From positions 5,082,093 to 5,146,092 of the forward strand of contig MU058687.1 in assembly GCA_013265495.1 (NCBI GenBank): a stretch of DNA of 64,000 nt, read 5' to 3'. Origin of the DNA: Vicugna vicugna (taxonomy: Eukaryota). Of this stretch, positions 1 through 14,836 are shown one piece after another; the first letter of the stretch is position 1; every line of letters begins with the position of its first letter. The position numbers were made by a program, and so were the translations under genes. Under the pieces are notes generated by a model. It saw only the letters and a list, made by a program, of their open reading frames with translations, had not been told where the DNA came from and searched no databases.

Positions 1-874
1 GGTATGGTGCCTGGAGTTGTAAGGTTCTGAACTACGGCTTTAAAAATAAAGCAGAAAGCGAAATGAAGAGATAAGACAGGGCTCAAGAAAAAGAGGAGGG
101 ACTTTGGGGACAGGAGGTACGTAGGTTGGCTTTTAAAACAACATAATGTGAAATTCATGTTTTAATAAGCATCTGAGATCAGAGGAATTAAAGAAAACGA
201 GTGAAACAAGGGTGCATTAAACGCTATTGATGACCTGATAGAGGCAGAGCAAAAGGCAGTAAAGTCAACTTCTTTTTCTCCTATTATGCTTGCAGTTACC
301 GGGTATTTTACTATGTGTTTGGTTTATTTACTTGTTCATTTGCTTGCTGGTTTGCTTGTTATTTCTTTGTTTATTTACATATAGTCATTACTAGCTTTCC
401 CTATAAAAACAAACGGGCAAACTCAGTCTCCAGGGGTCAGCTGCGTCATATGAAGTGACGTAATAGACCAGATCTGCTGTAGCGAGAATTCGTCAGCTAG
501 GCAGAACACGCTCTCATTTAACAGCACTCAAATTAAATATTTTTAAAATATTAAAATAAAAACAGACCCTATGAAAGTCAGCAATGAGTTGACTACAACA
601 ATTGCAAAATTGTTGTTGCAACAATGAGCAAGGTACAACGAGACATACAGTGTTTTTAATTTTATTTTTTAAAATCCCTTTCAATCTAACTCCTTTATAA
701 AATTTGAAGAATTTTACCCTAAGATTTCTGGTTTCAGGAGACCACTTGGTGACCTTGAGTATCAAATCAAACATAGCAATTTCTCTTTTAAGCTCCCCCA
801 AAGCTAAAGGCCTTTTTTTGCATTTCTTTTTTATTACAATCTTCAAGTTTACATAACTCTTAAGACTTGAAGAA

Positions 875-1030
875 CTTTAGAGTTCATTGTAGTGGTTTTG
901 TTTTCAGTGACAAAACTAAAACCTACATAGGTAAATTGATTTGTTCAAGGTCACTGAACTAGTTTCTATTAGAGATGGAAATTAAGTCCCGGGTGTCCTA
1001 AATCCATAGTCCATGCTATTTCACTGATAC
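875..1030 (-). mobile_element. MIR SINE fragment
   Basis: Core-like 'ggtaaattgatttgttcaaggtcactgaactagt...agagatggaattaagtcccggg'. Confidence 0.6.
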
Positions 1031-2550
1031 TGTGTATCAAGTTTTTTTTTTTAAGCCTAAAGATTTTTATTTTAAACTGAGATCATAGCCAACAGAAAAT
1101 TTATAGGAAATGTGTGAAAATGCAGTCATCTTCTTCCCACATTGTTGCCACACGAGGCAGTAGATTATTGACCCATTTAGGGGTCATACCGACAACTCTC
1201 TGTTCTGTTGTTGATCACTGGAGGAACCACCATGGTGGAAGCAATTCATGGGGCCTGGAAGTGGCTAGTGGTACAGACTCACTCAACAATTGTCTGCTCT
1301 AGCAATGCAGTCGATGGTATCACCTTCCTACACTGAGGACAGGTTAGTGGGCAAACTAGAGCAGTGATTCCCAAGTTCAAGTGCAAAACTAGTGTCAAGC
1401 TATGCCAAAACCTTCACCCATCTATAGTGAAATGAGAAACGTAAGGACGATACAGTGAGTTTCCAGAAAGGTAGATTTACAGAACTGCCCTATATTCTGA
1501 GATTATATCTTGTGGGTTTGGGGGTTTTTGTTTTGATGGTTAAAATCAATGTCTTTTACAAAAATAGTGTTTTGTTGCTATTTGTAACATCTTTACTTAG
1601 CAAAATAAAACTTGGCGACTGTATGTTAATCGTTCCTGGCAGATTCTTCTTTGACATTTTACTGGTCTATGAAAACAAATAAACCAATATCCCCAAACCA
1701 GAAAACTTTAAAGAGATTTAAAGTGTTATCTATGTTGTCACAACCAGATTTAGTAGACTTTGAAGACTGAAGACCTTTCTAAGTCTAAAATTTGATTATA
1801 AACTAAATGATCTTAAAACCAAGCCATTTATTTTACTCAGGCCCCAGTATCCTGGGCATAGGTCACTTAGATACTAAGTATAAGATCATTTTTGAATCTC
1901 AGTACAAAGAAATATATTAAAGGCACAAAACAGAATGAGAGATTTCAAAAAAAAATTCCAGAATAAATGTTATTAGAAAGCTAAAATCAGTTTACAAACA
2001 TAAATAAACTTAAAGAAAAATCGAAATCTCTAAGGAATTGAATCTAAATCTAGAAATTTTTTTCTCCGCTTAAGCCTTATTGCAGAGTACAGAGAACTGT
2101 ATTGGAGAGCTGAATGAGCCTATATTTGAGCTAATATAATCCATCTTTGTGTCAAGAGAAGGTCAAAACCTGAGTTCCCGGCCAAGAGGAAGGCTGTGAC
2201 CTGTACTAAAAGGCAGTTACTGAATTTGTCTCCATAGTCATATCTCCTCCCACCTTCTCTGTCTCTTGGGTATCTATACCAATAACCTCTTGCTTCATGA
2301 AATTTATTATCAAAATATTGAATATATTATACTTAATTTAGCCTAATAAGATGGAACACCAAGTTTATTGAGTGTTTATTGGAAATCAGAGGTTTGATGT
2401 CTTGAATCTGGTATAAGGATTATATTATTAGTAGCAGCCTTAACAGTGATTATCATCAAGTGCTGGCCAGTGGGTGATTTTTATTTTGTTATTTATACTC
2501 CAAAATTTCTGTGTTGAGTACGTGTTACATTTGTAATCAGAAAGAAATGA

Positions 2551-2576
2551 GATATATGTGTGTATGTGTGTGTGTA

Positions 2577-2618
<42 letters not shown>
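2551..2618. repeat. (TG)n/(TA)n compound microsatellite
   Basis: Direct inspection. Confidence 0.95.
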
Positions 2619-2620
<2 letters not shown>

Positions 2621-4420
2621 AAAGATGGTATTAGGATGCCAACAAGGGAACTCTTGTGAATATTTCCATATAGAAACTCTGCCAGACTAGTAATTTGAAA
2701 AAATACTGTCTTTCCCATGAATTTGAATTGTCACTGATTTAAAGCCCTGCAAGGAAAGCTGCTGGAGGAACTCAGATAATGGTGAAGATAATATGTAGGA
2801 CTCTGTATGGCTCAGCACACATCAGTTCCCTGGGGTCAGTCCTGTTCGTCACCTGACAAATGGTCCATGGACACACCAGGTGGCCGTATAGCAGCAGTAG
2901 GCACGAGGTAGCCTGCAAATGACCCATTACCAGAAAGTATAAAATCTGTGCTTGGAAATGAAAAACACAGATGGGACAAGAAGAGACCTTCAACAGACAC
3001 TTGGGAATATGATTGGTTCTTTAACCCCACCCCAGATGCCCTGTACATCTTTGCCACTTGACCACCCCTCATCTGTACATCTGCTGGTTAGAAGTAACAA
3101 ATGGATGAAAGAATGCAGTTGCATTAAAAACTTTCATTCCTCTGCCTCCCTCTTCTTCTTCCCTTTCTCCCTTGATAGAATGTCCAGAAAATTAAGCCAG
3201 CTGTAGATTAATTGAGACCCTCTTCCATGTAGGGAACATCTGTCACTGATGCTCCAAGGATTGTAGGAATGAATTAAAACATTTGATTACCTTTAATCCA
3301 AAAGAATGTGGCAGTCTCTCCAGTTTTGTAGCTTATCGGCGATTTTTTGGTGGTTTTTTTTTTTTTCCACATGAAGCTTATGAATGTAGTCCTTCCCTGA
3401 AGCTGTGGGATCTTTCAGCAGATGTTGTTTTGCATGTCTCTACCCTTTCCCTTGTGCAAGCGAGGAAAAGCCCTCAACAAAAGCAATTTTGGAGACTGGC
3501 AGGAAAGGTCTCCATCGTGAACGTATTTTTAGAAACAGCTGGTAAAACAAATGGTCCAAATGTGATGCCTGGAGCATATCTATTCAAACAACAGGCTTGT
3601 TTAAAGATGAAAGCAGCCACTTTTAAATTTCAGCACTAGCAGTGATTTTCACACTTACATTTTAAGAGATGAGAGCGCTTGCTCAGACTTTTTGATTTCT
3701 ATTCTGTTTCCTGGGACATCTTTTCACTCTTTTGATTTGTCTGTGTATGAATTATCAGAAGCATCAAATAGTTAAAATTGTGACTATCATCACGCAGAAA
3801 ATACTTATAATTTACACGTAATGGATTTTTAAAAATTTGCTTTATGCTTCTAAGAATCTTTCCTTTTGACAGCATCTATATAGTGCAAAAGATCAAAATA
3901 GGAAATTGATACTATGTTTAAGTTATCACTGATCTTATAAGCCATGTTTTGAAAAGACTCAGGCAGTGCTGCTAAGGGACAAGCATTTGTATTCGTAGCC
4001 ATTAAAAAGTCTGATTTCACTTTTCACTTGCTGCCTTCAGAATCTGCTTTACGACCTTCCCTCCTCATGACTTCATTTGTCTACTGAATTGTTTTGTGCT
4101 GGAGCCACTGCCAAATGCCATTACACAGCTTCCTTTATCATGCTGATTGGTGAAATAATTTTTTATTATGTTTTTAGAGTAGTTCCAGTTTTCAGATTAC
4201 TTATGGCTTCTCTCTGGGTCAGGCACTGCACAAATGCTGATTGAACTTGATAAATCGGGTGTTCACCTTATCAGCTGCCATGTTCACATTGACTTTTTCC
4301 TCTACTTCCTTCACTATGGTTCTGTTTTCATTTCAGAATCTTTCAGGAGTGGTGCCTCAAAGAGACTTCATCACCATGTTGGACCTAGTGAGATCTTACC
4401 CACTGGAGATGGTCCCCACT

Positions 4421-4507
4421 TTTATTTTATTTTATTTTATTTTATTTATTTAAAGTATAGTCAGTTACAATGTGTCAGTTTCTGGTGTTCAGCATAATGT
4501 CCCAGTC
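4421..4507 (-). mobile_element. Very short 5'-truncated L1 3' end with (TTTTA)n tail and TSD
   Basis: L1 3' end 'aagtatagtcagttacaatgtgtcagtttctggtgttcagc'; TSD agatggtccccactttt (4407-4423) / agatggcccccattttt (4508-4524). Confidence 0.8.
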
Positions 4508-5074
4508 AGATGGCCCCCATTTTTAAATGGTATACCACCTTCAGTACCTCCCTCCCTTCATCCTCCTGCCCCGTGGGGCACAATGCTTACTCAATAGATG
4601 GAACTGAGAAGTTTGAAAAGTGCTTCACTCTTAGTTTTTTTTTCATTAAATAAATACAAGAAAACTATCTTTTCTAAAACCCTGTGTTGGGGTTCCACAA
4701 GTGTGCCTCTTTGCTATTTTATCCCAAACTGACCTACTTGATGGATAGTTTTGATGTTACAGTAGTCTGGGACTGATTTTTTTTTTCTATCATGCTGACC
4801 CTGGAAAACATGATCAAAAATACAAACAACCCAGATTTAAAATATATATATATTCTTACCCTTTAGACACCTGCACTAAAGCATCGATCAGTAATTTATG
4901 GATGGTTCTTTTGATGTAAAATTAACTCCATGTGGGAGTTACAGATCCTGTAGCACTTAAATCATGGTAGAAATCTGACCAAAGTCTGCATATGCATGTA
5001 TTAATGATTGTGATTATGTATCATATGTACATAAAATCGCACAGACAGGCATATACTTACCTCCTCAGAGATTT

Positions 5075-5597
5075 TTTTTTTAATTTTGATTTTCAAACAA
5101 TTTCAAAGTTGGAGAAAAGGTACAAGAATAGTACATAGTACTATTAGTACATAGGACTCACATATGCCCATTACTCAGATTCACTCATTGTTAACATTGG
5201 CCACATTTGCTTATCATTGTCTCTCTCTCTCTGTATGTGAATGTATATTAAAATATTTATATATGCACATATATCTGAGCCATTTGAGAGTGTCTATATA
5301 TAAATATACACTTATCTATTTAGATAGATATATATAAATAGATAAATTTCTCCCTGAACCATTTGAGAGTCAGTTACAGGAATACTTTCCTTTATCCTGA
5401 ACCATTCAGTGTGTATTTCCCAAGAACAAAGAAAAAAATCAGAGGACAATATCAAAATTAAGAAATGTAACCCTGATACAAAATCTCACCTAAAGTATAC
5501 ACATTCAGATTTTACCAATGTGCATAACGGACTTTAAAATTATTTTTTCCAGTCCAGAGTCCAGTTCAGGGTCACATACTGCATTTAGGTGTCATGC
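5075..5597 (-). mobile_element. Old L1 3'UTR fragment (L1MC/L1MD-like)
   Basis: 'caaacaatttcaaagttggagaaaaggtacaagaatagtaca', 'gaaccatttgagagt', 'ggtcacatactgcatttaggtgtcatg'. Confidence 0.7.
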
Positions 5598-5877
5598 TTA
5601 GGAATTTTTGGATGCATTTTCTGGACATATTATATTATTTTACTTCCACACTTGGGCTGGCCACAGATCAGGACAAGTGAGTAAATTTCTTCAGGTCCTC
5701 CTGGATGGATTGCTGAGAAAGCTGGAGGATATAGCCTGTGCACAGGAGTCAGAGTTCCTTTCTTAGAATTAACTAGAATCATAGCAAGGAAGAATCTGAG
5801 GTTCCTCTCCTAGTCATCTGTTAGAGAGCGCTGATGAACAAAGGCTGCTTCTGACCCATTGTCCTTGATGCTTTTAC

Positions 5878-6210
5878 TTAACAACTACTTACTGAGCACC
5901 AGTGCTGTCCTAGGTCCTTGGAGAGGCACTGGGGATACAGGAGTGAGCAAAAAGAGGCTTGGCCTCTGATGAGTCCAGCAGGGAAGACTGCCATTAATTA
6001 ATCACATGGTCTCTAAATCAATACTTTGATGAGTTCTATGAAGTAAAGGCGGTACCACATGTCATGGCGGGGCATGTGACAAGGTAGTGGGTGAGAGATG
6101 TGGACGTAAGATGCAGGGCAGCAAAACCTTCTCTGAGGAAGTGGTATTTCAGCTGAATGTGGGGTAAGTGGAAGCTACCTGGGCAAAGAAGAAGGAAAGA
6201 GCATTTGAGC
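5878..6210 (-). mobile_element. L2 LINE 3' fragment
   Basis: 'aacaactacttactgagcacc...ggcactggggatacaggagtgagcaaaa...ccttctctgaggaagtggtatttcagctga'. Confidence 0.6.
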
Positions 6211-7611
6211 TTGCTGTAGATTTTAGGCATGAGGGGAAAATCAGCCCTCCCTGAGAGGGAGGCTTTTGTGAGTGGCAACTATCTCACAGGATTTTGTCCA
6301 AGGTATACAAGAAAGAACTTTTACAGAAATGGACTTTGGTGTCCTTCTGCATCTTTGTGTGAATGGAGATGAGAGTGAACTTAGCGACCCTGCACTGTCG
6401 CTTGGTGGGGAGTGAATGGGCTTTGTGAAGAATGGAGATATAATAAGTAAAATGATGCATTCACTGGAGGGAAGTTGACTTGAGAAAAAAAGAAGACAGT
6501 CTTTGTTTTTCAGTTCCTCAATTTCTACTAGTAAAAGAGAAGGTGATAAGAATATGTGTCTTAGATTGGAAGAGTCATCAAAGCCATTTCCAGGTTCTCT
6601 GAATCCTAGATGACACTTTACAGTTTGCTGCATGACTGGGCATCATTTCTTCAAGCATATACGACTTGGACATGACAGCACTAAGCCAGCAGACGAATTC
6701 CAGGTGCTCTCGCATCTAGCAGAGCCTATTAGTGAATTAGTCACACAGCAGTTTTTTAAAGTAACAGATGTTCAAAGGATTATGCTGGAGACGAGAGTTG
6801 CATGTTGGTGATGGTAGTGAGGAAGCAGAGATCAAATATCGATGTACTTGTAAGTTACACAATCCCGCACTTTAGGGAAAACACATCCCTTCTTCCCCAC
6901 CGCTGCCTCACCGTTACAGTCATTACCAGTTAAGTCGTCAAATATTTAATTTTAACGTTGCTGATCATTTCCCAGTGTGATCAGTGATTTTGCAGGGAAT
7001 GGTTTGTACATGCTCTGATTTATCAATACTTACCCCATGATAAAAATCTGTGCTTCTACAATTAGAATAAAAGAAAAATGCTTTGTACTAAGACTGTGTC
7101 AGTATTAATAATAATAATAATTTATATTTTACATATATTATATTCTGTATTTATTATAATTTATTATTATTATTATTGTTATTGTTTTAAAATATAATTT
7201 TCCTAAAGAAAACAATTAGAAAACTATTTCAGAATGGCTGTTCCTACCAGCAGAGTTTTCTCAGGCACATTTTGGATTGCTGACAGCATCCCACCACTGG
7301 GTTAGAATTTAAATATTCCTTCTATCAATTAAGAAACAGTGGGTTTTTTTCCCTGTCTTTCATTGCCCTTGTATGGCTTACCTGCTGCTTATAAAAATCT
7401 ATCACTTCTGCCACCCGTTGCACTTTATGAGATTACTGCTGATTACCATTTAGGTTTGTTAAGTGACGTGGCATATTTTATAGAGTCGGGAGCCAGAAGC
7501 CGTCAAGGTCAATAAGTGGTAGCCTGAATCAGTTATAAATGAATTATTTTATTGCCCACACAATGATCAAAATACGTACTGCTGCAAAGCTTAGTAATAG
7601 CCCCTGAATGA

Positions 7612-7620
7612 AGATAGATG

Positions 7621-7653
<33 letters not shown>

Positions 7654-7669
7654 GATAATACATAGATAC

Positions 7670-7703
<34 letters not shown>
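7612..7703. repeat. (GATA)n/(GACA)n compound tetranucleotide microsatellite, two blocks
   Basis: Direct inspection. Confidence 0.95.
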
Positions 7704-7704
<1 letters not shown>

Positions 7705-10352
7705 ATAGGGAAAGAGAGTTAGTTCCATGGGATAATAGACTCTTATGAAATTTCCTTCCTTGAGAGAACTTGCTTGTAAGCTTCTTTTTCAGTAGAATAG
7801 AGGTGAGTTGTGGTAGCAGCGTCATCTACACACCCAGCCTACCGTGGCCACAGAATCCAATGACTATTTTTTTTTTTAATGAACGTGTCTGCGTATCCAC
7901 AGCACCACTTGCTGTATTTCATTTACAATGCATTGCTTCATTCAACACACTCTGAATGAAGAAGATATGCTCTGTGGCTTCCAATTCAGGCCCTTCCTCC
8001 AAGCAGAGCTTGTTTATCTGTCTGCAACACACTTGGACCATTTGAAAGACTAGTGATGAGGTTCATTCACGCTATAAAAATGTGCTGAGCATCATGGCTG
8101 CTGCTTTGACAATGCCCTGGCATGGCAGGATGGAGAAGGTCATTGTTACCAGACAAATGACTGTCGATTCACCTCTGGGATGACTTGTCCAGGGAAGTTG
8201 CATCGTTTTAAAGTCAGTGAAGTTCCAGGGAACATATAAGACTGTGGTGTTTTAGTTGTAACTTTGTGAGACTCTTTAATAAGCTTGCAAAGAATAAGTT
8301 TGGAATCTAGAAATAGTTGGTTCTATTTCTGGGTGGGGAAAAAAAAAAGATGCTTTGTACTTATGTAGAATCCTTTATCTGGCCAGAGTTTGGATTCAGA
8401 CTCAGGAAGTGGGTTTGGAAGTCATGTTCCCTTGGCTCTGAGTAATGAACAAAATGAACAAATGCTTTTCTCTTTTAATTTTAGAATGGAGGCGCCTTTA
8501 TTTCTGGAATTATACTCAGCAAACCCTAAAATGTAGGGCTCTTATATGATAAAAGAAGAGAGTAAGAGCAAATAGCTTGGTGTGTGACTGTTTTCCCTTC
8601 TGCAAGTGCTCAGCTAGAAAAGGAGGCTTGTCATGGTCGAAAGGAAGAGGTCACCTTTTACAAAGCCCAGAAGTTAGGGACAGCCCATAGAGCTCAGAGC
8701 CCTCGCAGACTCTTGCCTGATGCCTCTGGCCAGAACTTGGGAAAGAAAGTCTTGGTTTACTATTTAGTGACAGATCCACCCATAATCCACTAGTCTACTT
8801 GTCCACTTTACATAAAAGCTGTGTATTTACCAGAGTTTAGGTAAATATAGACACAGGCAAAGTAACCTCTCCTTTTGATCTTAATGGGCTAAACCACCTT
8901 GTTTCATTGCGTGCCTCCTAAGCCGTTTAATGCATTAAAGGAAACTAGCTCAGTTAACTATTCAGGCAACTTTGTGAACTTTCTGTGTTCCTTTGTGTAA
9001 TGCATTGTTAATAGCTGCAAGCCACCTATTTTTAGTCCTCTCTTTCATTTCCTTCACGCTGGTTGATGAAATGGGAAGGAGGCTGAATAAGCTCACTTTC
9101 TTTTTAGATGACACAAATATTAAATTGGCAGATAAACTCCTAGGCGTTTCCAGTCCATTTCAGGGAAGTGTTGAAATGAGATCTTTAAGGGTCGACAGTC
9201 CTATTAGAGAGCGCGAGAGACCACCAGAGAACTGTGAGGAAAAAATAAATGAGGGGAATGTCTAGATTCAGTGGGAAATTCGGGGATGTCAAGAGCATTG
9301 TGAGAATAATGCGTGCACTTTCACCAGCTGTGTCATTTTGTTCAAAGGGATAGGAAATTCCGTGCTTTCTCTGAAGTGTAATAGACCTGCAGACTTATGT
9401 GCACATCTTCTACTCTTTTACATAATCTTCTCATTACTCAAGAGCTAGTGAGCGAGTGTCTTCCCACGAGAACTGGTCATGTATAGGACAGTGATGCAGC
9501 ACTGGGTCAGGCTGTGGTGTTTCGTGCACACAAGGTGGGAAAGCTCTTCCTCTGGTTAGATTAAGGTGCGTGGATGGCCCAGGCTTCCCAGGGACATGGG
9601 AATCCCATGGAATCATGAGAACTGAAGATACAGCCACAGATTCCTTAGATACCAGGTTTCTGAAGACCTAGACATTGTGTCTCATTTATTTATTTATTTA
9701 TTGTATCTTGCCAAACGTGGGGTTTTTCCACCTTCTCTTAATATGTCTGGAGGATGAAGCTATTTTGGTTAGGTATATAGCTCTACCACTCTTAGAAACA
9801 CTGAGGATGAATTTTCCTTGTTTGTATCTGCTACTCACTAGAGACTAAAGACTGGTAATTTGGCTGCTGGCAAAATTGCACTGTAACGGCTAATAGAGTG
9901 TTTTGGAAAGATGCCAAAGGCAGCCAGTCTCCAACTGGGGACTTGAAATCTGCTGCAGATTCACCTTCTAGTTTCCAGCTTACTTTACTCGAGGTTTTTC
10001 GTATCTTCTGTGATTTTCCCCAGATTTTTATCTCAAAGTGCATTCTTTCTCTCTGTCTCTCTCTCATACATTTCATGCTTATGTGAAAATGTAATAATAC
10101 TTTAGAATTTAACAGGGACTTTGCCTTCTAGATATATTAATGATATTATGGTATTAGCTATGTTAATGCTATTCATGGCGCAACAGATACACTGAAGGAG
10201 TCCCAGTATGGAGTATCTTGAAAGATGCATTGCAGACCGTGTCAAGAGGGGACAACCAGATATCAGAGACATGGGCTATAGCCCTGGCTGTATTACTCAG
10301 GGTCTCCATGACCTTGAGCCAACGCCTAACTTCTCTGCAATGGAGTTTAAAT

Positions 10353-10551
10353 CAGTGGTTCTAAACTGAGGCTGATTTTGCTCCTAGGAGACATTTGGTG
10401 ATTCTGAAGACATTTTTGATTGTCACAGCTGGGGAGGTGCTATTGGCATCTAGAGGGTAGAGGCCAGGGATGCTGCGGTGCACAGGACCTCCCTCACAAC
10501 AGAGAATTATCCAATCCAAAAAGTCGGTAATGGTGAGGCTGAGAAACCTTG
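10353..10551 (+). mobile_element. MER20 (hAT-Charlie) DNA transposon, nested in a MIR
   Basis: cagtggttct...gacatttttgattgtcacagctgggg...tggcatctagagggtagaggccagggatgctgc...gctgagaaaccttg; MIR-like sequence on both sides (~10270-10345 and ~10555-10620). Confidence 0.85.
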
Positions 10552-13500
10552 CTTTAAGATGTAAATAATATCTACTGCTTTCATCACAGCATTATAATGG
10601 GGCTCAAAAATAGGTGAAGACATGAAGTAACCTTCTATAGCTGATATTAATACTAGCTGATTTGCACATATGGACACTGATATTGAGTCTTAAAAGGAAA
10701 ATGGATTTATTCTCCTAGGTTACAAGTAATATATGAAACTATCAGATTAAAATATATCAAATACATCCATTGAATCTATTTCCATAATTTTATGGTTTTA
10801 AACCAATTCCCTAAACATAAAGAGAAACAATGAAAAATATTAATCTTTGAAGAAACCTACCATCCAGTGACTAATATAGATAAAGGAAATTGGAGTCCAT
10901 GAAACTAATAGACTTTTCTATTAGCATACAGCCATAACACATCTTTCCTAATAGAAGCAAGCCTGAAATGATAAGTTGTTTGGATCACATTAATTAACAG
11001 TCAGCTCTGTTAGATTTGCACCTGAATTTGGGCTCATTTTACCAGTGCTGATGAATATCAAACTTAACAGTATCTAGCCACATTATATTAGAATAAAATA
11101 TGTTTTACATTGAAGGCAAAATGTAGACTCAACTCTTAATAATGGCCTTTTATAGCAACTCAGGGAACTAGAGATAGTAAAAGAATGAATTAAATTCCAG
11201 TGAGCCAAACTACAACATAAGTTATTGCAGTAATGAAAATTAATCCTTTTTGTTGCTTTTATTGTGCAGTTGCCTCATAAGTATATATAACTCTAGAGTT
11301 TATGAGGCATTCTGACAGATAATACTTCTTGCCTTATTTTTGTAATGCAGGCCTCTTAAAAATTTCACTTGGGATCCATGGACAAGATCTGAGTATCTTC
11401 ACGAAATTTTATTTAGATAAACATTTTTATTGGGAAAAAGCATGAAGTGTTTACCAGATTTTCATTAAGGTTTGTTATCCCAAAAAGTTGACCAATCACC
11501 CTTAACATAAAGGCTCATCCTCTCTTAAATATTCATTTTGAACAAGTCCTCTTTAAATGATTCTGTATTTATTCTATCAGTATATTAGCAAATCATCTCT
11601 AGAGGACCAACTGATCAATAATTATAAAATTCTTGATTGGCATACACACAGATTTTTTTTTAAATTTAAAGTTTCAGATTGGAACCTCTGTCATATGGCT
11701 AAATTGAATAATTATGCAAATGCAGCACAATATTATTTAATTGGACCTTTTGGAATGAAAATAATCCAGGTGTGCAGAAACTCTTTGCAATCTGGAACAA
11801 CCATTCCAACATATATCTGCCAAGTAACAACATCCTTGTATGTAAACAGGGAGAGGGAAACAGCTCTAGCTGCCTCCCAAAAAAATATGCATACAAGAAT
11901 GAACAAGAAAGAACTCAGGTTCTTTGTTACGGAAGTACCACTGGAAAAGAACAGCTCTGTAGACAGACTGGAAATCCAGAGAACCGGTGACTAAGCAGAA
12001 TTGTCCCCACACCCATCAATAATAATGGCAAAGGGTCTCAGCCCATAAGAAGCATAACAAGGAAAACACAGAAATCCAACATTTCTTACCACTACTGAGA
12101 TTTTAAGTACAGCTGGAAGAGCAAACTGCACCAACGCTGGCATTCCACCCAGAGCCCATTCTCTTTGTTTTCTTGTTTCTATCTCCACCACCTTCCTCTC
12201 CTCTGATAAGGGATTTCCAGCTACCACTCTTAGAGCTGTTAAGTGAGCACAGGGTATGTGCAACAAGATGCTTGTCTGGCTCTCCTGGGAGGCCCACTCC
12301 TCTTAACGTTTCCATTTCTTGAGCCAACCATTTAACTATATATGGTTTGCTGCCCAGCTTCACAGCGAAAGACACAACATTCTACATGAAAATGTCCCTG
12401 TTGGAAATATTATGTATGTATTGCTCAAAGCATAGCCATGTCTCTACCTGTTTATGTCTGGAAGGATGAAAACACTTAGCGAGACACAAAAGAGGCTAAT
12501 TAAATGTTTTGCCAAAGCTGGTATTCTAAGTTGATACTAGATAGTTGAAAATGACAATTAAAATCAAACTCAGAAAAGTTTGCATCCATTCCCAAAAGTA
12601 CGCGGCCAGGATTTGCAGATTCAGATATCCCCTGTCCTCCTTGGGTACCTTTCTCTTCTCACACCCTGATTTCTTCAGGGGACAAACAGAATCATGCTAA
12701 CTTTCCCAAAACACTGGGACTACCTAGTAGGATCTGTTTCCAAGGCAAGAGTATTCTCTTTGGGTCCACGACCATGGTAACAAAATAGATCCCTCTTTTG
12801 AACCTGTCCTATGCTGTTGCCACTCACTGAGCTTTGTGAGTCTGTAGAATATTTCATTTGAAAATATTTTTCTCTTCATCATTAACAGTTTTCCTTTTAA
12901 TTATATATAAGAATAAATATTAACATTACTCTTAGAATATTTGTTTTTTACTTTGAAAAAATTCGGCATCTGAAGATTTTGGTTTCTCCTTGCACATCCT
13001 TTAGGCCTCTGTTCTAAAATGTATGGCCACTTTTGCTCATGGGGAGCTCCTTTTTGGCAGAGCCTTTGCTTCTAGGAGGTGGAAATGTGATGTGTAGGGT
13101 GAATTGAATAGCTACATCTCAGATGACACAAGTGAGGGGGTGAATGGAAGAAATTTGTGGCAACCAGTATAAGTATTCAAATTGGAATGTGGCCATTGTC
13201 CTGGGGTTCATGTTTTTTCTCATAAGCAGAGTGGTTTGGGATTTGGTGTTGGCACAGGCAGTTAGGATTTCAGCACTAAACCACATCCCTGCAGAGTGCA
13301 TGAGTTTTGTGGTTGATGATCATAATGGTTACATAAGAAATTTGACAGTGACAGCAGGAGAACATCACCGTATCAGACTTACCCACTATTAGGAGGATGC
13401 ATTTTAAATCCTGACATGCATGGAATCTGTGGATGGATACTTAATAGTTATTAAAATTTACATAGTAAATTTCAATTAGTACTCAGTTCTCTGCAACTGA

Positions 13501-14836
13501 TTTTCAAGTTCCCACAACTCTGCGTCATTAGGGTAGAATCCTTTCTTGTAAGATTTCTGTACAGTGTTATGTAGAGAAAATAGTTATTCTTCTCAAGCAA
13601 GTTCAGCTGGATGCTACTAACAGTTCAAAGAATTTGGACTAAAATGGTTCTGTGCACTGGAAGGCAGCCATTGGCAAATGGCAGAGGAGTTGCTAGATGT
13701 GATCTATAGCTATTGTTTTTATAGCTCATGCATTGTCCACTCTGCATTCCCAGTTGGCTTTCCTGCAGCAACCAGTTCCAAGTTTAAGACCACAGAGTCA
13801 GACTTGAGTGGTTCTCATTGAAACTCTTGCCAGTTGACATCTGATGCACTTTAAAGTTGTTAAGGCCAAGAGCCCTTCTTCAGCTAGGAAATGTTACACT
13901 TTTAGTGTCATCCTGGCTTGTGAGAACGTTCCATCTACTATTCTGGACAACAAATAAAACTAGCCCATGCGACTTTTAAACTGTGCTTCTTAAAGTCTGT
14001 GTAGCTTTCTATGTAGCCATCGGTCACAATACAAGCTCTCCAACAGAGAAAGAACTATTGTAGCTTTAGAATACAGATGGATAATTATTGTGATGCAGTC
14101 TCAAAAGACTTTGGATCGAGGGTTCCAGAAAACCTCCTATATCTGAACACTAACACAGCATGAAAAATAGAGACATAGAGCTTTCTAAAGCAATGAAATC
14201 AGTCCTGCCCAACACTTTCTTCTAGAAGCTAGAGTTGCAAGATTGAACATTGGTCATTGTTTTTGTCGTACCTAAAAAAAAAAAAAAAAAAATTCCCTGA
14301 CCCACTAACTCCTATGCTGTCTCTTTTGGTCCATTGATCTATTGCTGCCTTTTTTCCATATAGGACCCTCCCAATGGCTAGTGTGCACAGTGGGAAATCA
14401 ACTTTCAAACTTTCATCCTTGGATTAGTAGATGCCCTTCTTTCTCTGCTCAATATTGCATGTATCCAAGAGGATACTCTCAGCACCTATCCTAGGATTTT
14501 GTCATCTCACTACAAGAAACACAGAAATTATTACCCCTTCCTAGGACCCGCTAAGGAAGGAATGTTGTGATCAGGCAACTGACGTTTGATTCTTACAGGA
14601 AAAGACAACAGAGACCATAGGCGTCTATTGTGTAATGACACAGAGTTAGATAAAGGTAAACTGTAACTATAGTCAGTTCAAAATATTTGAGAAACAATAT
14701 TATTGAATATTATTATTGAAAAGTTTGTGTTCCATTAACATTAGCACTTACCTTCCTTAAGTCATTGCTTCTTTCAAAAGATCATCTCATCTAACTTTTA
14801 CATTTATAGGCTACAAGTAATAGAAGTCCCAATTAA

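Noticed and set aside
5312..5345. 11-bp inverted repeat ttatctattta...taaatagataa
   Set aside because: Low-complexity AT-rich tract within an old L1; such palindromes arise readily
11557..11994. 145-aa intronic ORF (similarly 18582-19019 and 23359-23730)
   Set aside because: No recognisable domain or neurexin similarity; lengths compatible with chance
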